Below are positions 25,250 through 39,694 of a stretch of 64,000 bases of DNA, one piece after another (positions within the stretch are counted from its first letter, which is position 1; each line of letters begins with the position of its first letter). Under the pieces are notes generated by a model. That model had not been told where the DNA came from. It saw only the letters and a list, made by a program, of their open reading frames with translations, and searched no databases. This stretch comes from Camelus dromedarius. Taxonomy: Eukaryota. Made by a program: the position numbers and the translations under genes. The stretch spans positions 65,102,001 to 65,166,000 of the forward strand of contig NC_087436.1 in the NCBI RefSeq assembly GCF_036321535.1, read 5' to 3'.

Positions 25250-26588
25250 ACTAGGGATGTTTTCAGGGTCAATGCAGGCCTGGGAATGATTTCTTGAAGA
25301 AAAAGTAGTGTTTGGATACTAGGTGCATTTTTTTTTTTTTTTTTTGCATGTTGAAATTTGTTGAAGAAAACTAACATGGAACTAAGTCCAGATTTTTATT
25401 CAACAAACATACATTTCATGTCTAGTAAGTGCCAGGGACTTACTAGATACTGAATAAAAAATTGAACATCCCTATAAATATTAATTTCCAATACAATTTA
25501 CAAGTTTGAGTCACAGAGTAAGAAAAAATCCTTTACTATTATTCTGACTAGACACATCCACTGCCTTTAGTCCACAAGGATCTGAGCAGCAGATATGAAG
25601 GTTTGCAATGTTTGGAACACCTCCCATCCACTTTTAGCCTTTCAGCTTATCGAAGAATACGCTTGTTCATCTGAGTTTGTTCTTGAATTTTATATACAGG
25701 AATATCATATTTTTAAATTCATTTAATCCATTTTTTCTATGTTTCTCTAAGGTCTTTTAAAGCTTTTTTGTCTTTTACATGTACAGCATAGGGAGTCATA
25801 TGTGAGGGAGTGAGGTGTGTAGGGAACAGAATATGCCTAAAACTGGGAAACTTAAGTTAATTCATTTTCCCTTGAAACTGAGTCTGCAATAAGTCACCAG
25901 GGAACAGTAAATTCCTCAATGAAATCTTTAAGCATTAGGTCAGAACACAAAGAAACTGAGAGTTTTTAATCATATCACTGAGTTCCCAAATGTCAAAAAA
26001 ATGAAATAAAATAACAACAAAAAAATAGGTTGAAAAGTCACTATCCCCAAACTAGGGGGCAAAAAATAAGTTTAATCCCAAGAACATATCAGAACTATTT
26101 TTCTTAATGTATGTCAAAAATAATTCCTTTTCTTCCTGAACAAATACATTAGCTATGCAACCCATTACTTAAACAATTTGAAAGCAGCTCACAATAGATA
26201 AGGAAATGGAAATGGGTGCATAATCTCATCCAGAGGAGAAATCCACAGTGTAACTCTTCTAATTTCACATCACATTTCATAGAAAAGACACAACAGAAGA
26301 ATCATAATCATATCACTGCCCCTTTACTTTGGCCTGTACTTTACATAAACCTCAACAAATTGATTTTGCTACCATCAGTTCAGGGCTTCCAACAGATAAT
26401 TTTATGGTGTAAATTTTATTAATGTTCTTCTTAAAATAAGAATTAAGCAAGAGTTGACTAGAATTGGGATTATGCACAGCAGGGTTTTTAGAAAATAAAA
26501 GGTGATTTTTAGCTCTATATCTTCATCAATTAAAAAACAAAACAAAACAAAACAGAATCTAGAAGAGACAGAAATGTTTTGACTAGAG

Positions 26589-27986
26589 CAATGGTAATCA
26601 AAATTTCTGCTTTTAGGACTCTTTTATTGTGTTAAGAAATTGTTGAGTGCCACAGAAAAGCTTTTATTCATATGAGTTATATCTATCGATATTTATTATG
26701 ATGGAAATTAAAATCAAATTTCAAAGCATGAATAGTAGTAAATTCACTATAGTGTGCACATTTTAAAAAATTAAATAACTAATTTTCAAAATAAAAATAA
26801 TTCATGATAGAATAATATTTTTAAAATATTTTTGCAAATCTCTTTGCTCTCTGGTATAGTAGAGGACACATGGATTATTCTATATGTCTCTGGATTCACC
26901 CTACTATATTATTTTGGTTGCTGAACATGAAAATCTAGCTTTACACAGATAATGTCATTGAAGGAGAAAATATTTCAATAACTTTTTCACATATTTTGGA
27001 ATATTCTTTAATTCTACATCAGAACTCAACATGTAGTAATTTCTTAGGCAAATAATAAAGAATTAATAAAATTAATAAAGTATATTAAACAATATCAATG
27101 AGCTTTTTAAACAGTGTTACCTTAAAGTAACTCTTGCACTTTGAGTATATCATTTCTCTGTGCATTATTTTGTTATATCATACATTGGCCATTTGGGAAG
27201 TATTTGTTCACTGAGTTATGGAATCTTCCAATTTTTGGCATAGTATTAAATCAAATATCAAAATATCATCTTTATTATTATTACCTCTTACTGTCTCTGA
27301 AAGTTCTTTACCTATTAGGAACTTTTACATTCATGGGAGTAGGTAGGCATTTTCAAATAGATTCAAATTTTCCTTGAAGCCTGGCAACACACCCATCACT
27401 TGCTTTCCTTAGCATGACAGACTCACTTTGTTCATTTTTAAAGAAATGTCTGCCAGAGACCCAAGTCTCAATACCCATAGTTTGTGTATCAAACATCCTT
27501 TCAAATAACAATGTGTTCCATGAAAAAACGTGCTTGCTTTTGGTTCAGTCACATAAGTAAACGAATTTTCATGCAAGTTTTCTGTGAGATAGCTATTGCA
27601 CTTTAGTAGAAATGCTTCATGTGTATTTCTTGTAGGCATTGCACAGAAAATTTAAAAGATAGGTTCTCAAGAATTGAGATTTAATAAAATCAATATATTT
27701 ACTGCTTTCCCAAGGACATTCTCAGTTGAAATTTGCAATTGTTTTCATTGCAAGTGCGTGGTAAGAAAGAATGCATAACTGCTCCTACAGATTTAAGTTA
27801 TTCCTTTGATTTGTGCTAGGATCCTACCAGTTTTACCTACTTTGCTTTTCCACATGATTGTAATGTCAACATACTGAAGTGATAAATAATGTCTTCATAT
27901 TATCATGAAACAGTTTGATCTTACCTACTTCCTGAACAAGTGTTAGGAATACCTAGGATTCTCAAATTGTACATTGAGAACTTCTG
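26589..27986. mobile_element. hAT-Charlie non-autonomous DNA transposon (Charlie1a-like, ~1.4 kb)
   Basis: Degenerate terminal inverted repeats caatggtaatcaaa and ttgagaacttctg. 8-bp TSD GACTAGAG (26581-26588) versus GGCTAGAG (27987-27994). Internal blocks resemble Charlie1. Confidence 0.85.
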
Positions 27987-28904
27987 GGCTAGAGCAGGAA
28001 AACAAAAAAATAGAGAGCTGAATCATCTTTTTATTCTGAAAACTAGTGTTGATGGCTTTGAGAATTGGGATATAAGGCTAAAAGACATGTGATTTGGATT
28101 TGTTATCCTTCTAGCTAATAAGGAACCAGTTCTGTGTATTCCTGGAATTGAAAATGTCAACAGGAAATTAACCTGCTTCCTGAAGAGCCTGAACTCTTTC
28201 TGAAATATTTTCTTCATGAATCTTCCTAAGAGTTGCTCTAACAATAAATACAGATTCTGTTAACTGATAGGTATCCAAAAAGATTAGTGGCTACTTTTCC
28301 CATTGGAAGTTCTCTGGAGTTACTCTTTCTGATTTCTGTATCTTGGAAATCTAAATACAAATATCTTAACCAGCATTTATATGCCAGACATTAAGGGGTT
28401 GAATGGGCGACGATTAAAATTAAACTCTATGTGCTTCAATGTTGTTTTGCTATAAAAACGGTGATCATACATGCCAGGATGTTCAGAAGTCTGGTTTATG
28501 CCTGATTATGATATAACCATTAAGAGCATCCCCTTCTATTCTCAAAGCTGCTTCAGAGGGTATGATTAATTATATGGTCACCTTACCTCTGAGAGATCCC
28601 TGTAATTATTTCACACATGCCCATCGCTTTAGACTCTTCTGTTTCTTTCTGTTAACTTCCATGGGACGTTCATTTCAGTAGAATTTGTGATAGGCCAATT
28701 GTGATCATCATAATATCAGAAGTATAATTTCTGAAATAAATAGGACATAAAACAGACGTGTTTCTTTTAATATTGAGTAGTTCTCTCAATAAAATAAAAC
28801 CTGGCATAATGTTTAATAGAAAGAACCTGCAAAATCAATCAAGACATTTTTAGAGAAGGAGTGATAAAGTAGGCATATGTCTTGAATCGTCAGAACACAG
28901 CAGA

Positions 28905-29365
28905 ACATACTCGGTCAGTTGTTACTATAACAATGCTGTGAAGCAAACCACCCCAATATTCAGGGGATTACAAAAACAAGTACTTATTTCTCTTGCTCAG
29001 AGTTTTGTGGGTCAATAGGGTGGACGACCGTACTCTAATCTGCTGATCTGCTGGGTTGGTTTACAGATTAAAGACTGGATCAGACCGTTCCATATGTTCC
29101 TCATTCTTTGTTGAGCAGTGAATACCTGGGATGTGTTCTTCACATGAGTTATAGCAGGAATCAAGAACTAAGCTAAATCAAGCAAGTGTAGTTTAGTCTT
29201 CCAATGAACCCACTAAACTTCATTGGCCAAGCAAGTTGTACGGGCAAGACTTACCTCACTGGGGCAGGAAAGCATGTGTTAGCTCTAGTGGGATGGTACT
29301 GCAAAACTACGTGGCAGAGGCTGTGGATATAAACTGTAGTGCAGAAAAGTGAATAATCCATTCTT
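28905..29365 (-). mobile_element. MLT1H-like solo LTR
   Basis: actataacaatgctgtgaagcaaaccacccc...cattggccaagcaagttg...gtactgcaaaactacgtggcagaggctgtggata. Confidence 0.7.
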
Positions 29366-29502
29366 CCTTTTACCCCAAAGTAACTGAGGAGAATTGAGGA
29401 GTATAGTTATCTGGCTGTCTCATAAGAATTGAAGTTGGCAAGCTGCCAAAGGACATGGTGCTAAGGACTGAGGAAAAGCATCCCTAGTGTCACTAGTCCT
29501 TT

Positions 29503-29957
29503 ATTATAGGTTGAATTGTTCCCCTAAAAGATATGTTTATGTCTTAATCCCTGGTACCTGAGAATATGATCTTATTTGGAAGTTGGGTCTTTGCAGATGT
29601 GATGCAGTTAAGCTGAAGTCATTAGGGTGGCCCTAATCGAGTATAACTGGTGTTTGTCTTTATAAGAAGCAGAAAATGCCATATGGAAACAGAGACAAAG
29701 TGGGGCCATGTGACAACAGAGGCAGAGATTGAAATGCTGCAGGAGCAAGCCAAGGAATGCTAAGCATTGTTGCAGATCACCAAAAGCTAGGAAGAGGCAA
29801 GGAAGATTCTCCTCCCCTACAGTTTCAGAGGGAGCCTGGCCTTGTCAACACCTTGATTTTGGACTTTGAGCCTCCAGAAATGTGAGACAATTTCTGTTGT
29901 TTTAAGCCATGCCGTTGGTGGCAGTTTGTTACAGCATTCCTAGGAAAACAACATACC
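29503..29957 (+). mobile_element. MLT1C-like solo LTR
   Basis: ggttgaattgttcccctaaaagatatg...ggtctttgcagatgtgat...aagctaggaagaggcaaggaag...acaccttgattttggactt...tttgttacagcattcctaggaaa. Confidence 0.9.
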
Positions 29958-31154
29958 CTATAAAACCCAGCTCCATGGTATAGCCTGATAAGAAGGTAAC
30001 TGTATTGTGCAGGCCTGGAGATAGTGTTCCTGTGGTGCTGTTCAGGTGAAACAGAGAAACGGCAGTTCTGGTCCCCAAAGAACTTGGAGTGAGTCTGAGA
30101 CAAGCAGCAACAAGTTAAGATGTCTGGCAGGGGAGAAAATCTCCTTGAACTGCTAGGGCTGCCTTAATCAAAAAGGTCTCCTTGACCCTGAATGCAGCGG
30201 GGGATAATTGGTGACTAAAGTAACTGGAACTTGTGGCCGAGTAGCTAAAGTGATGAGTAGAGTTGGTGTCTGTGATATAGCAACCTTTCGATAATTGTTA
30301 AAAGTTCTAATAATAATTGTTAAAAGTACTACCAGATGCATTAAAGAAACCTTTCCAAGCCCTGTCTTCCCTTTCCATCTCTCAGTAGTTGCCAGGATGC
30401 AAAGGGGACTATGGATAACTGGCATTTCTTCAAACAGATTTTTTTAGAGAGTTTTGTTTTTTGACCAATTTTATACCCTCTACACACTCTTGTTTGTATT
30501 TATCCTGATAATGGGTACAAGAGAAAACTTTTACATTTACATTATTCCTACTGATATGCTTTAAGACTCATTACAAATCTAATTTTTAATTTTTACATTT
30601 AGAATTAATCTATACCTTCATGCCAGTTTGTGAATGGCAGGTCAGTCATGGTACCACTTACAAAATTTCTTCCTCAGATAATATGATTCATAAAATCATT
30701 TTTTGCAGGAGACTTTTTAAAGAAATGAGACTCTAAGCCAAGACAGGAAACACTGAGAAAAAATGTATGCACAAGAATAATACAATATTCTCATTGGGTC
30801 ACTTTGGTTCACTATTGAAAGACTCATTTAGATCAGCAGTCAAGAGCTGGTGGTGTTTTATACTTAATGTTTACATTTAAATTAATATAAATTAAATAAG
30901 AATAACTTAAATAATGTTAATTATAAAAAATGTTGTTATTCCTACCATCAACATAGTTTAATAGTACTCATAACTGGAATCTTAAAGTTCAAGGGAAGGA
31001 GAGTGGCAAACATGTGGTGCTTAGGAAGGGCAGATTATTTTCCTAAAAACCAGTTGTCAGTTGGGAATGACTTAAGGAAGTTTTCTTCTGTAGAGACTTT
31101 TTTTCCTTATATTTAACCTATGTTTTAATTTGGGGTAAAAAATGACCTATGGTT

Positions 31155-31330
31155 GACGGAAGACTTCCTCTGCATTGTCTTATTTGATCCTTACAAAAAT
31201 CTTGGAGAGAATAATATTAATATTCCTAATTTTGGAGGATAAACTAAGGTACAGGGAGTCTAGGACACTTTGCCAGGATCACATTGGCAGCTAGTGACAG
31301 GACTGGTATTAAAATTCATGTTTTATTCAT
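31155..31330 (-). mobile_element. MIR SINE
   Basis: tcttatttgatccttacaaaaatc...ggataaactaaggtacagggag...ccaggatcacattggcagctagtgacag. Confidence 0.6.
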
Positions 31331-34300
31331 TCACTTTTCATCCATTTTTTTAATGGAGATATTTACTAAGGAGGACTAATGTGCTTCTACCCTCTTTACA
31401 GTGACTTCTAATTTAGATTGAGATAAATATTTTGTTTGGGAGTGTGGATTGTTATATATGGAATTTTTAGAAAAGCAATATATTGATTTTTATTAAAACA
31501 TATCTCCAATTAGAGAGCAAGTGATTGGGGAGGGAGACAGGGAGAGAGAGAGGGAGTGAGAGAGAGAGAAAGAAAGAATAGCCCAAAGAAGATACATGAG
31601 ATGATTCCTTAAATCCTACTGGGGAAAATAGAAACACTTCCCAGTAAGAACCAGTAGGCATTGCCACTTCATTACTACCCAATTGAAGAGATATAAATCA
31701 CGAGGAGTACTCTTCCAAATGGAACAGCATCACAGACCATTTCGTCTCTATAATCCACATATGCCCCTGGGAAATAAATAGGAAAAATTTGAGATTCTCC
31801 TCTCTGAATTTCTTTCCCCTGGATCTTAGCCCTATAATTTTTCACTGTTTTTTTTTTTTAAACTTCCAAGAGCTTTCAAGAAGATACATGTTGTGGTTCT
31901 CTGGTTGTTTTGTTCTTTTTGTTGCTGTTATTATTTTTTTTAAATGTTGTCTTTTATTTCTTTCCTTGGGCCATCTGCAGTTTCTGACCAAAAGCACCTC
32001 AAAGACTTGTTACAAATTACCCAAACTACCTAGTCTGCCTTACTGAAGCAAAATTCTTTCTTATTATTTTAAACCTTCTTTATCAATAATTTACTAAAAA
32101 CTCAAAATAAGGTTTTATGAGTGCAACTCATATTAAATAACTATATTTCACTGATACTAATATTCTCTCAAAGTACCTACTTTTGGAAAGTAATGCATTG
32201 TTGCTTTTGGTTATAGAAAAAATGCAATTTGATGACAGATTGGGTGTATTGGTGGGGTTTTGTGTAGAGGTGATAAAAATGTGTTCTGTGACCATGAACA
32301 CTATTATGAACCATTAGTTGACTACATTGTTTCCTATTTCAAGAACAGGCTCCATCTTTGTACCTTACAAACGTCAAAGTTTTATCTCACCTAACACTTA
32401 CTTGAAAGAGTCCCCAAATGTATTATGTGGAAATAGTCACTTTATTATTTAGTGCACAGTACTTTGTTTTTAATCATCTTTTATTTATTTTATTTTAAAT
32501 CCCACGGTATTATAATTAGATTAAAATGTGTCTTAAGGCAAGAAAATATGTCTTACCCATCTTTATGACCACATTGCTTAAAAAGCCCTATTCTGTTAAA
32601 TGAATAAATGAATGATGAATGGATACATACAAGAAGACTGTTGGTGTGCAGATTGTTCTAATCTTATAATCAGACTCAAAAATCAAAACTTCATACATTT
32701 CTGCTTTGAATGTCTGTTTTTTAAATTTATCAAAAATTACTTTGATCTTTTTCTGGTTACACATATAAATAATAAATATTCCTATTCAACAGTTTTTTGA
32801 GAAAAATCTTTGTTCCAAACTATATGTGATAGAAATATTAGAAGCCTTTTTTCCACTTTCTGTTAGAGTAATCAAAGATTTATAACTCAACTCTTGTTTC
32901 GATAAGAAATCTGAGTAATAAGAGAAAAATTTCACACAGGAAAAATGGCAAATCTAGCAATAACATACTACACACTATTTAGTATATACTTTTATGTAAT
33001 TGTTAAAAGTGTGGATTTTGAAGTCAGACAGATGTGAATTCATACTTTAGCTTTGTGAATTCCTTTAAGGAAGTTGTCCAACACATTTGGCTGTTGTCAG
33101 GATTAAAGTCAATATACAGATAACATTCTTAGTAGAGCTCCAGCATAATGTAAATATGTAATAAATATTAGTATTTAAAAATTTAAAAATTTCCAGGTCT
33201 ATTTCTTCCTCAGTAAGCTCCCAGTCTGGTTTGAAAATCTACCAAATATATGAGAGGCCCAATTGGTTTAAAGCGTTCCTGCTGTTCTTTCTTTTTTCTT
33301 TTCTTATTATCAGTTTACGCTGATAATAGCCAAGATCCTAAGTGTTGTCATTGACACTCATCAATCTGCTATCAGTGTGTTCCTATGGTTAGAAAATATT
33401 TATGGATCCAATTATATCAGCTCTTCATTGACTCACGATTAGCAAAAGTGTTTCAAAGCTTACAGTTTAAAAACTACGATGAGATCAAAATGAGTGAAAA
33501 TGTTCTTGCAAATTATCAGATTTCAGTGCAAGTGTTATAAAATGAAACACTACTTCAGTTCTCCTTTCATGTGTTCTTTAGCAATTTTTTAAGAGATTAT
33601 TCTTCCTTGAGTTTTGTGATAAACATCAGTCTGACAAACATTCAAGGAACCATATTTCCATTTAAAGCTTATTACTATAAACATACTGATAAGCTTTTAG
33701 CAAAAACTGCATTTGTATGCTATTGCTATAGTAAATATGAAAATATCTTTGTTCTATACTGAGGTATAGTTTTTCTATTCTAAACCAGTAGTTGTTTGGA
33801 AAACCATATGATCTTTTTCTTTAGTGTCAGAAAGTGCAGTGGAAGGAAGAAAACTATTGTCTTTGAAGATAGTATGCAATCTTAAATGGTGACTGATACT
33901 CACTCAGTTTACTAAGCTAACTGTTGATACATTTTGCTGCTGACTTATCCTGGCAGGACCATACAAGAAGCATAACTATTCAAAATCATACATTTGATAG
34001 AACAATTTAAGATAGACAACCAACAACATCTGTTCTAAAAATATTCCTGGCTAAAATCTTACCCTCCATGCTTTGTGGTGCAGAATTTAAGAAATTCAAT
34101 TATGCATGTGGTTGCTTGAACAGGCCTAAACATTTTTCCGTCTTTAGAAAATTAAAATTGAACCTGGCTAGCATGTATTTTTTCAGAGGTGGGATGGTCC
34201 CTCTCTTGGGCAAGAATATAAGTTATGTTTATCAAGTTGCATAACAAACGTTTGTCTTGGCCTGGCATGCATATGTTCTGTTTTCAGTTGGGTGCGCACA

Positions 34301-34479
34301 GTATGTACATTCCAGAAGCTTACAAGACAGTTTAATCCTATTCGTCTTCTCTCAAAACATGACTGATGTTATAATTGATATTCATGAAGAGGTATGCATA
34401 ACATCGAAATATGGTTGTGAGATAGTTTGTAAAAAAGTAAGATAAAATTCTATGATCACAAATGTGTAATTCAAATAAA

Positions 34480-35300
34480 TGAAACTGTGTATAGAAAGAG
34501 AAAAGCCATAAAACATCCTTAGTACATCTAAATGTAGACATATTTAAATGCTTGAAATTAAATATTTTTATGGAAATGGACAACATAAATGAGTCGCAAA
34601 TAAAGTGACTAATAAAGTCAATATGAATAATATAACAAGAATTCCTTATAATCGATGAGGAATAAATTAACCTAAAAAGAAAATATATAATTGATATATA
34701 ATTTAAAATAAGTGAAATCACTTTACCAGTAAAATATATAAAAATGTGTTCAGTCTTACTAAATGTCAAGTAAATAAAAATTAAAATAATAACATAATAC
34801 AATTTTCACCAGTAAAGTCAGAGGAAAAAAAGACAGTAACATCCATTGGCTGATGATGCTGTTTACAGAAATAAATATGTTCACATACGTCTAGTGGGAG
34901 TGTAAATTGCTATAATTTTTCTGTAAAACAATTTGCTAGGATTGAGGTTCTAGATCTGGTGACAAGACTTTGTCACTACACTTCCCCCTCCAATGGCAAA
35001 GTAGGTGAGTAAAAAAATGTTTATACATATGTCTGTTACTCTGGAATTTTTAACACCTTCCTGCAATTTCAATGGTCTATGCTATTAATATCTTTAAATT
35101 TTTAAAAATATATGCACATTTTACCCATAAATTCTACTTTGATCATTTTTGTGTTTGCGTGTATATGTATGTATGTTTATACATTCACATTCTTAACTAC
35201 ATATGTACAAGGATTTTACTGCAAATTGTTCATGGAAGCAAAAATGAGAAAATATGCATGTTATATGATGTCTACCAATTGAATAATTGTATAAATATAG
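34480..35300 (+). mobile_element. Ancient L1 (L1ME-like) ORF2 3' and 3' UTR remnant
   Basis: aaaatgtgttcagtcttact...caattttcacc...tagtgggagtgtaaattgctataattttt resembles the L1 ORF2 C-terminal DNA. Confidence 0.6.
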
Positions 35301-35306
35301 GCATGC

Positions 35307-35337
<31 letters not shown>

Positions 35338-35350
35338 TATATATATATAT
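35307..35350. repeat. (TA)n/(CA)n microsatellite
   Basis: Read directly from the sequence. Confidence 0.95.
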
Positions 35351-36324
35351 TTTTGTGTGTATCTTTGTAAATAATACAACCCTTGTAGGAATGTCAAGGG
35401 CCAATTTAAAAGTATTGAATCTCTTTATATTTATCTATATATAGATTGATTATGCCAACATCTATATACAAATATAGATGTACATATACATACAATAGAG
35501 ATTATATAAAGAAATTAACCTATTATGTATGTGTTATTGACATCATCCCTTATATTTAAACTCTTATATATTCCTCTTTATTATATATCATTTTTTAAAA
35601 TTACATGTTACATGTATTTTAATTATATATTTATATAACTGATAGAAAAAAGTGTAGTATAACTTGAAAGAATGTCATTAAACAATTTAAAAACAACGGA
35701 ACCTCTATTTCTTAATCTGTATATTATGCTGATATGTACACAGCTCATATATATAGCATACACACATATATGTGTATATATATATATAAAAGTATATGAT
35801 GGTTCTGATTACACATAAAACATAAACCAGTCCTTAAGTATTTTTTGCATTTTTTAATTTAGTTAATAGATAGACCTCTATTGCTGTCAAATAGGTTAAC
35901 AAAAGTATGGTGCATATATATATTTACATATACACATCTTCACAGTTAATTCAGTTGTATCTGAGTGGATTGATTAAAATTAAAAGTTGTCTGGTTCATT
36001 ATTTTGGTAAACTCTAGCTGATAGAGCTTGTTTTTAAACACTGGTGGCTCAAGGTCAGGTCCTGACATGGAATATCAAGTTTAATTTCCAAAAGGAATTC
36101 TAGCACTGGACTGCAGATCTCTTGATTGATTGATGTGGCACTACTGTCCCATTTAGAAAAATGAAGGAGAGTTTGAGTTTAAATATTGCCTTAAAACAAT
36201 TATATGCTTTAAACATTAATTTAAGCTATGAAATATTTTAAACATTCATAATAAAAGTACAGAGAATGATACAATAATATTTTGACTCTCTGTAGAACCA
36301 TTGCATAGTCATTCTAATTTGAAT

Positions 36325-36441
36325 TGTGGGAGATAATCCCTGGATGGTTCTCTCACTCCTGCACATCTCTGAGCAGTGGTACTGTCTTTGTGCTGGACAA
36401 TCTTTTTAAGCATATTTTTACAGCAGGAGGTCTTGAAAGAC
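36325..36441 (+). mobile_element. LTR40-like (ERVL) 5' fragment
   Basis: tgtgggagataatccctggatggttctctcactcctgcacatctctgagcag is homologous to the start of 56964-57485. Confidence 0.6.
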
Positions 36442-36449
36442 TTCATTCT

Positions 36450-37335
36450 TCATCTCTTTCTACCATGTTTGCATTTCCATTTGGTTCTTTCTTATAGGTT
36501 CCATTTCTCTTTTGAAATTGCCTATCTGATGCTACACGTTGTTCATTTTTCCTTTAGAGCATTTAACATTTTAATTATAGTTATTTAAAATTCCCTATGC
36601 AATAATTCCAGCATCTGTGGTATACATGGGTCCGGTTCTGATGATTGATTTGTCTCTTAGGAGTAATTTTTTTCCTTGATATTTAATATTTCTCATAAAT
36701 TTTTGCTGAAAGCTAGACATCATTTATAGGACAGCGAGAAGTGAAGTACACAGACGTTACATCTGGAAATGTTTTCCTTTTGTTGTTGGGCAGGGTGTGA
36801 TACAATCTAATTTGGAGTTGAGTTAGGTTTGAGGTTTATTGCTTGCATCATTATTCTCCTACAGTACATCACTGGCTTCAAATACCTCTAGTGATAACTT
36901 GTGTTCAGTATGGGAGATGGTTTGCTAGATTTTGTTTTCTGATGACTGCTCTCCTTTTAGCTTTAAGTTTCCTCATTTGACTAGGGCTCAGAGAAGATCT
37001 GTCTTTCACAAGTTACTTTATACTCAGTATTTGATAAAAGAAGGAGAACTTGTGAGGCATTCTCTGTTGTTCAAATGAAGCCTCTGTTTCAGATAACTTC
37101 TGTATTTTAGGAACTTGGGGTATAGGCTAGTGGTTCTGAGTCTCTCTGGGCATACTTCTGAACCCAGCATGTATTTCTTCCTTTCCTCTAGATTTTGAGT
37201 TTTTTCCCTCTTTCCTCCCACAGTTGCATTGAAATTTGACTCATGCAGTATGGGCAACGGTGTTTGTTACCCCTCCTTCCACATGTTAAAAGCTTTTGTT
37301 TTACGGAGAAGACAAGGGAGAAATATCTAGATGAG
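36450..37335 (-). mobile_element. Ancient L1 (L1ME/MD-like) 5' region
   Basis: ctttagagcatttaacattttaattatagttatttaaaattccct...aattccagcatctgtgg...tggttctgatgattgatttgtctctt. Confidence 0.65.
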
Positions 37336-37884
37336 TTTCTTGTTATAAGTCCACTTTTATATTGTAAAGGTCAAAATGTTTCCCTAGAAGCCCCTTATTC
37401 ACATTTTTCCTTAATAATTATTGGGAACAAGAAGAAAATCAACAATTTGATAGTATTTCTGATGGAAAGAGTAGACATATTAGTCATGGACTTGAGCTCT
37501 GCTACCAGTGAGGTAATTCATGCCCTGTTATTTCTACACATTGACCTTATAATTTCTAAATTATTTTGGGACTTCCTTTTTAATAAGAATGCCACAGCAT
37601 GAACTGAAGCATAGCTGTCTCTTGAAATTATATATTAACTGTGGTTATTATTATTATTAGTATTAGTCATTATGACCTCATTATATAGCCGTAATGCCTG
37701 AATGGATCTTGTTATAGATGTGGCATAATGGTAATTATACTGTTTTGAATATCATACTATAAGTGTCATCTATAGCTCTGATTAAATGCTCAGTGGCAGT
37801 TTTAGATTTATAATATTTATTGTGGTTCTATGAACTTAACCTTTTGCCTTACAGGAAAGAAACATTAAATCTCCCCAAATAGTC

Positions 37885-38100
37885 CTTTCTTTGGCAGATC
37901 TTAAATGTGAAAATGGATTTCATCTAATTCTCACCCATCTGATAAAGATCCATATCCAAAGTTACTAAAGACACTGGCAAATTATTGTACTCTTTCTATC
38001 AAATCTTGTAGAAAACAAAGAGAACAAAAAGTACTTTGCAATACTGTAAGATATGAAGTTGGGAAATATTGGTCAACAGAACTGATTTTATCAATCAGTG
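37885..38100 (+). mobile_element. Possible CR1/L3 LINE remnant
   Basis: One frame reads SNSHPSDKDPYPKLLKTLA, reminiscent of the CR1 pre-RT motif KSPGPDxxHPRVLKELA. Very diverged. Confidence 0.35.
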
Positions 38101-39408
38101 ACAATATTACTTATTTGTTTTTATTAAAGGTTGCTTAATTTTTCTGTCAATTGACATGCTATCTCCTAATTACAGTTAGATTTGTTTTATGCCTTCCAAA
38201 CATTAGCAGTTAGTATCACTTTATCAATAACCAAATATTCAAACCAGATCCCAGTGGTTAGGTCCACATGTGGATTGTTAGGGTGATCAGGAACTCTTAC
38301 TTGTTTGCTTTCATTTTTAATCTTGGTTATATCTCCAAATAGAAAAGAGCTGAGAGTCTCCTGCTGCCCCGATAAAGAAACTAACAGCAAACAGACTCCA
38401 GTTTTGTTGTTGTTGTATGTGTGTGTGTGTTTGTGTATGTGTGGTGGTGGGGGGCATACGAACTGAAGTATTGTACTTTTTTCAAGGCATACGTGGAGTC
38501 AGAACCAGGTTTAAGGCTGAGAAGGTACTATAACCGGAAAATAGCATTGTCTCTATATGGGAAGCGGAGGAATGCTATTTCCCTTTAGGAAATGAAAATC
38601 AGTATCCTTTGTCTCTAGTTTCCATTGTTTCTTCTCATCCACAAGGACTCTTTTTTCAGGGTCTATTGGATCTCTGATTTTTCTCTTCCTTTCATACCAT
38701 ATTTGTTATTCACTTAAAAATGTTTCTCCATATTCTGCCCTCTCTTCTGTCATCATTTAGTATACCATCGTTCTATGCATAATTCTAAGACAAGAGAGAA
38801 TATGATAGTATTAGAAGTGGAAATTGGGACCGATTCAACCAATATTTTATTAATAAATTAGAGGATTCTAACTTGTAGATTCTCTCAACTATGCTAGCTT
38901 TCTTCATTCAGAAATACTGATGGCTTCTTACTCATGTTACTGTCATAGCTATTGAAAGTACTGCATTCATAATAAGAAAACCCCCCTTCTTTTCACAGTT
39001 TATCTTTTACTGAGACAGTGAAGCATGGTTCCTAGAATGGCACCTTTCAGGACTTTAGTGACGGGTCTTTGCAATCTCACACTTAAAGGTAAGGACTATT
39101 ACTTCTGCTTAAATTTATTCTCTAAGGCTAAGCTTCCTTGATTTGGGGCTAGGGTCTCTTTGGGAAAAGTCTCAGTTGGGCGTGATGTATTATATAACAC
39201 CTCTTTTGGAAAAAATAGATCCAGTAAAAGTGTATTTGGATATAGAATTTCTTTTGACAGCCTCAGTAGTCTGTATCTGTTCCATATATATATATACATA
39301 CAGTTTTTTAGAAGCAGATTTGCTAACTTCAATTATGCCTTAACCCATCTTCTTGAGTAATCTGCTTTATTCCCTTAGTACCACTTTCTCTAGCAGCATG
39401 GGCTAGTT

Positions 39409-39694
39409 CAGTACTTTTCAAATTCTTTACACATTAAGACTTTTATACTGGAAAATAATTTTGAGTAAAATTGTATATAAGAAGAATTATCCTTTTATGC
39501 CACTGAATGAGATTTTACATAATACAAAAATACTGTGACTATACTAATACTGTATAACTGGCCTATGGCATTAATCAAGATGATACCTAAACATATTTTA
39601 AAATTATAGCACATACATGTGTGAGAAGACTTTCACTCTACAGACAATACTTGGTACACTATAAGGATGTGCAACACTCCCTTGAATAATACTG
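39409..39694. mobile_element. Possible hAT-Charlie MITE
   Basis: Imperfect terminal inverted repeats cagtacttttcaa and ttgaataatactg. No TSD recognised. Confidence 0.35.

Noticed and set aside
25168..25377. Poly-Ser/poly-Lys protein
   Set aside because: It is the translation of the GAA microsatellite and a T-run.
37835..37970. Acceptor-like ttaaccttttgccttacag followed by a short open frame, as a coding exon
   Set aside because: There is no convincing donor, the frame soon stops, and the downstream sequence looks more like a CR1/L3 remnant.
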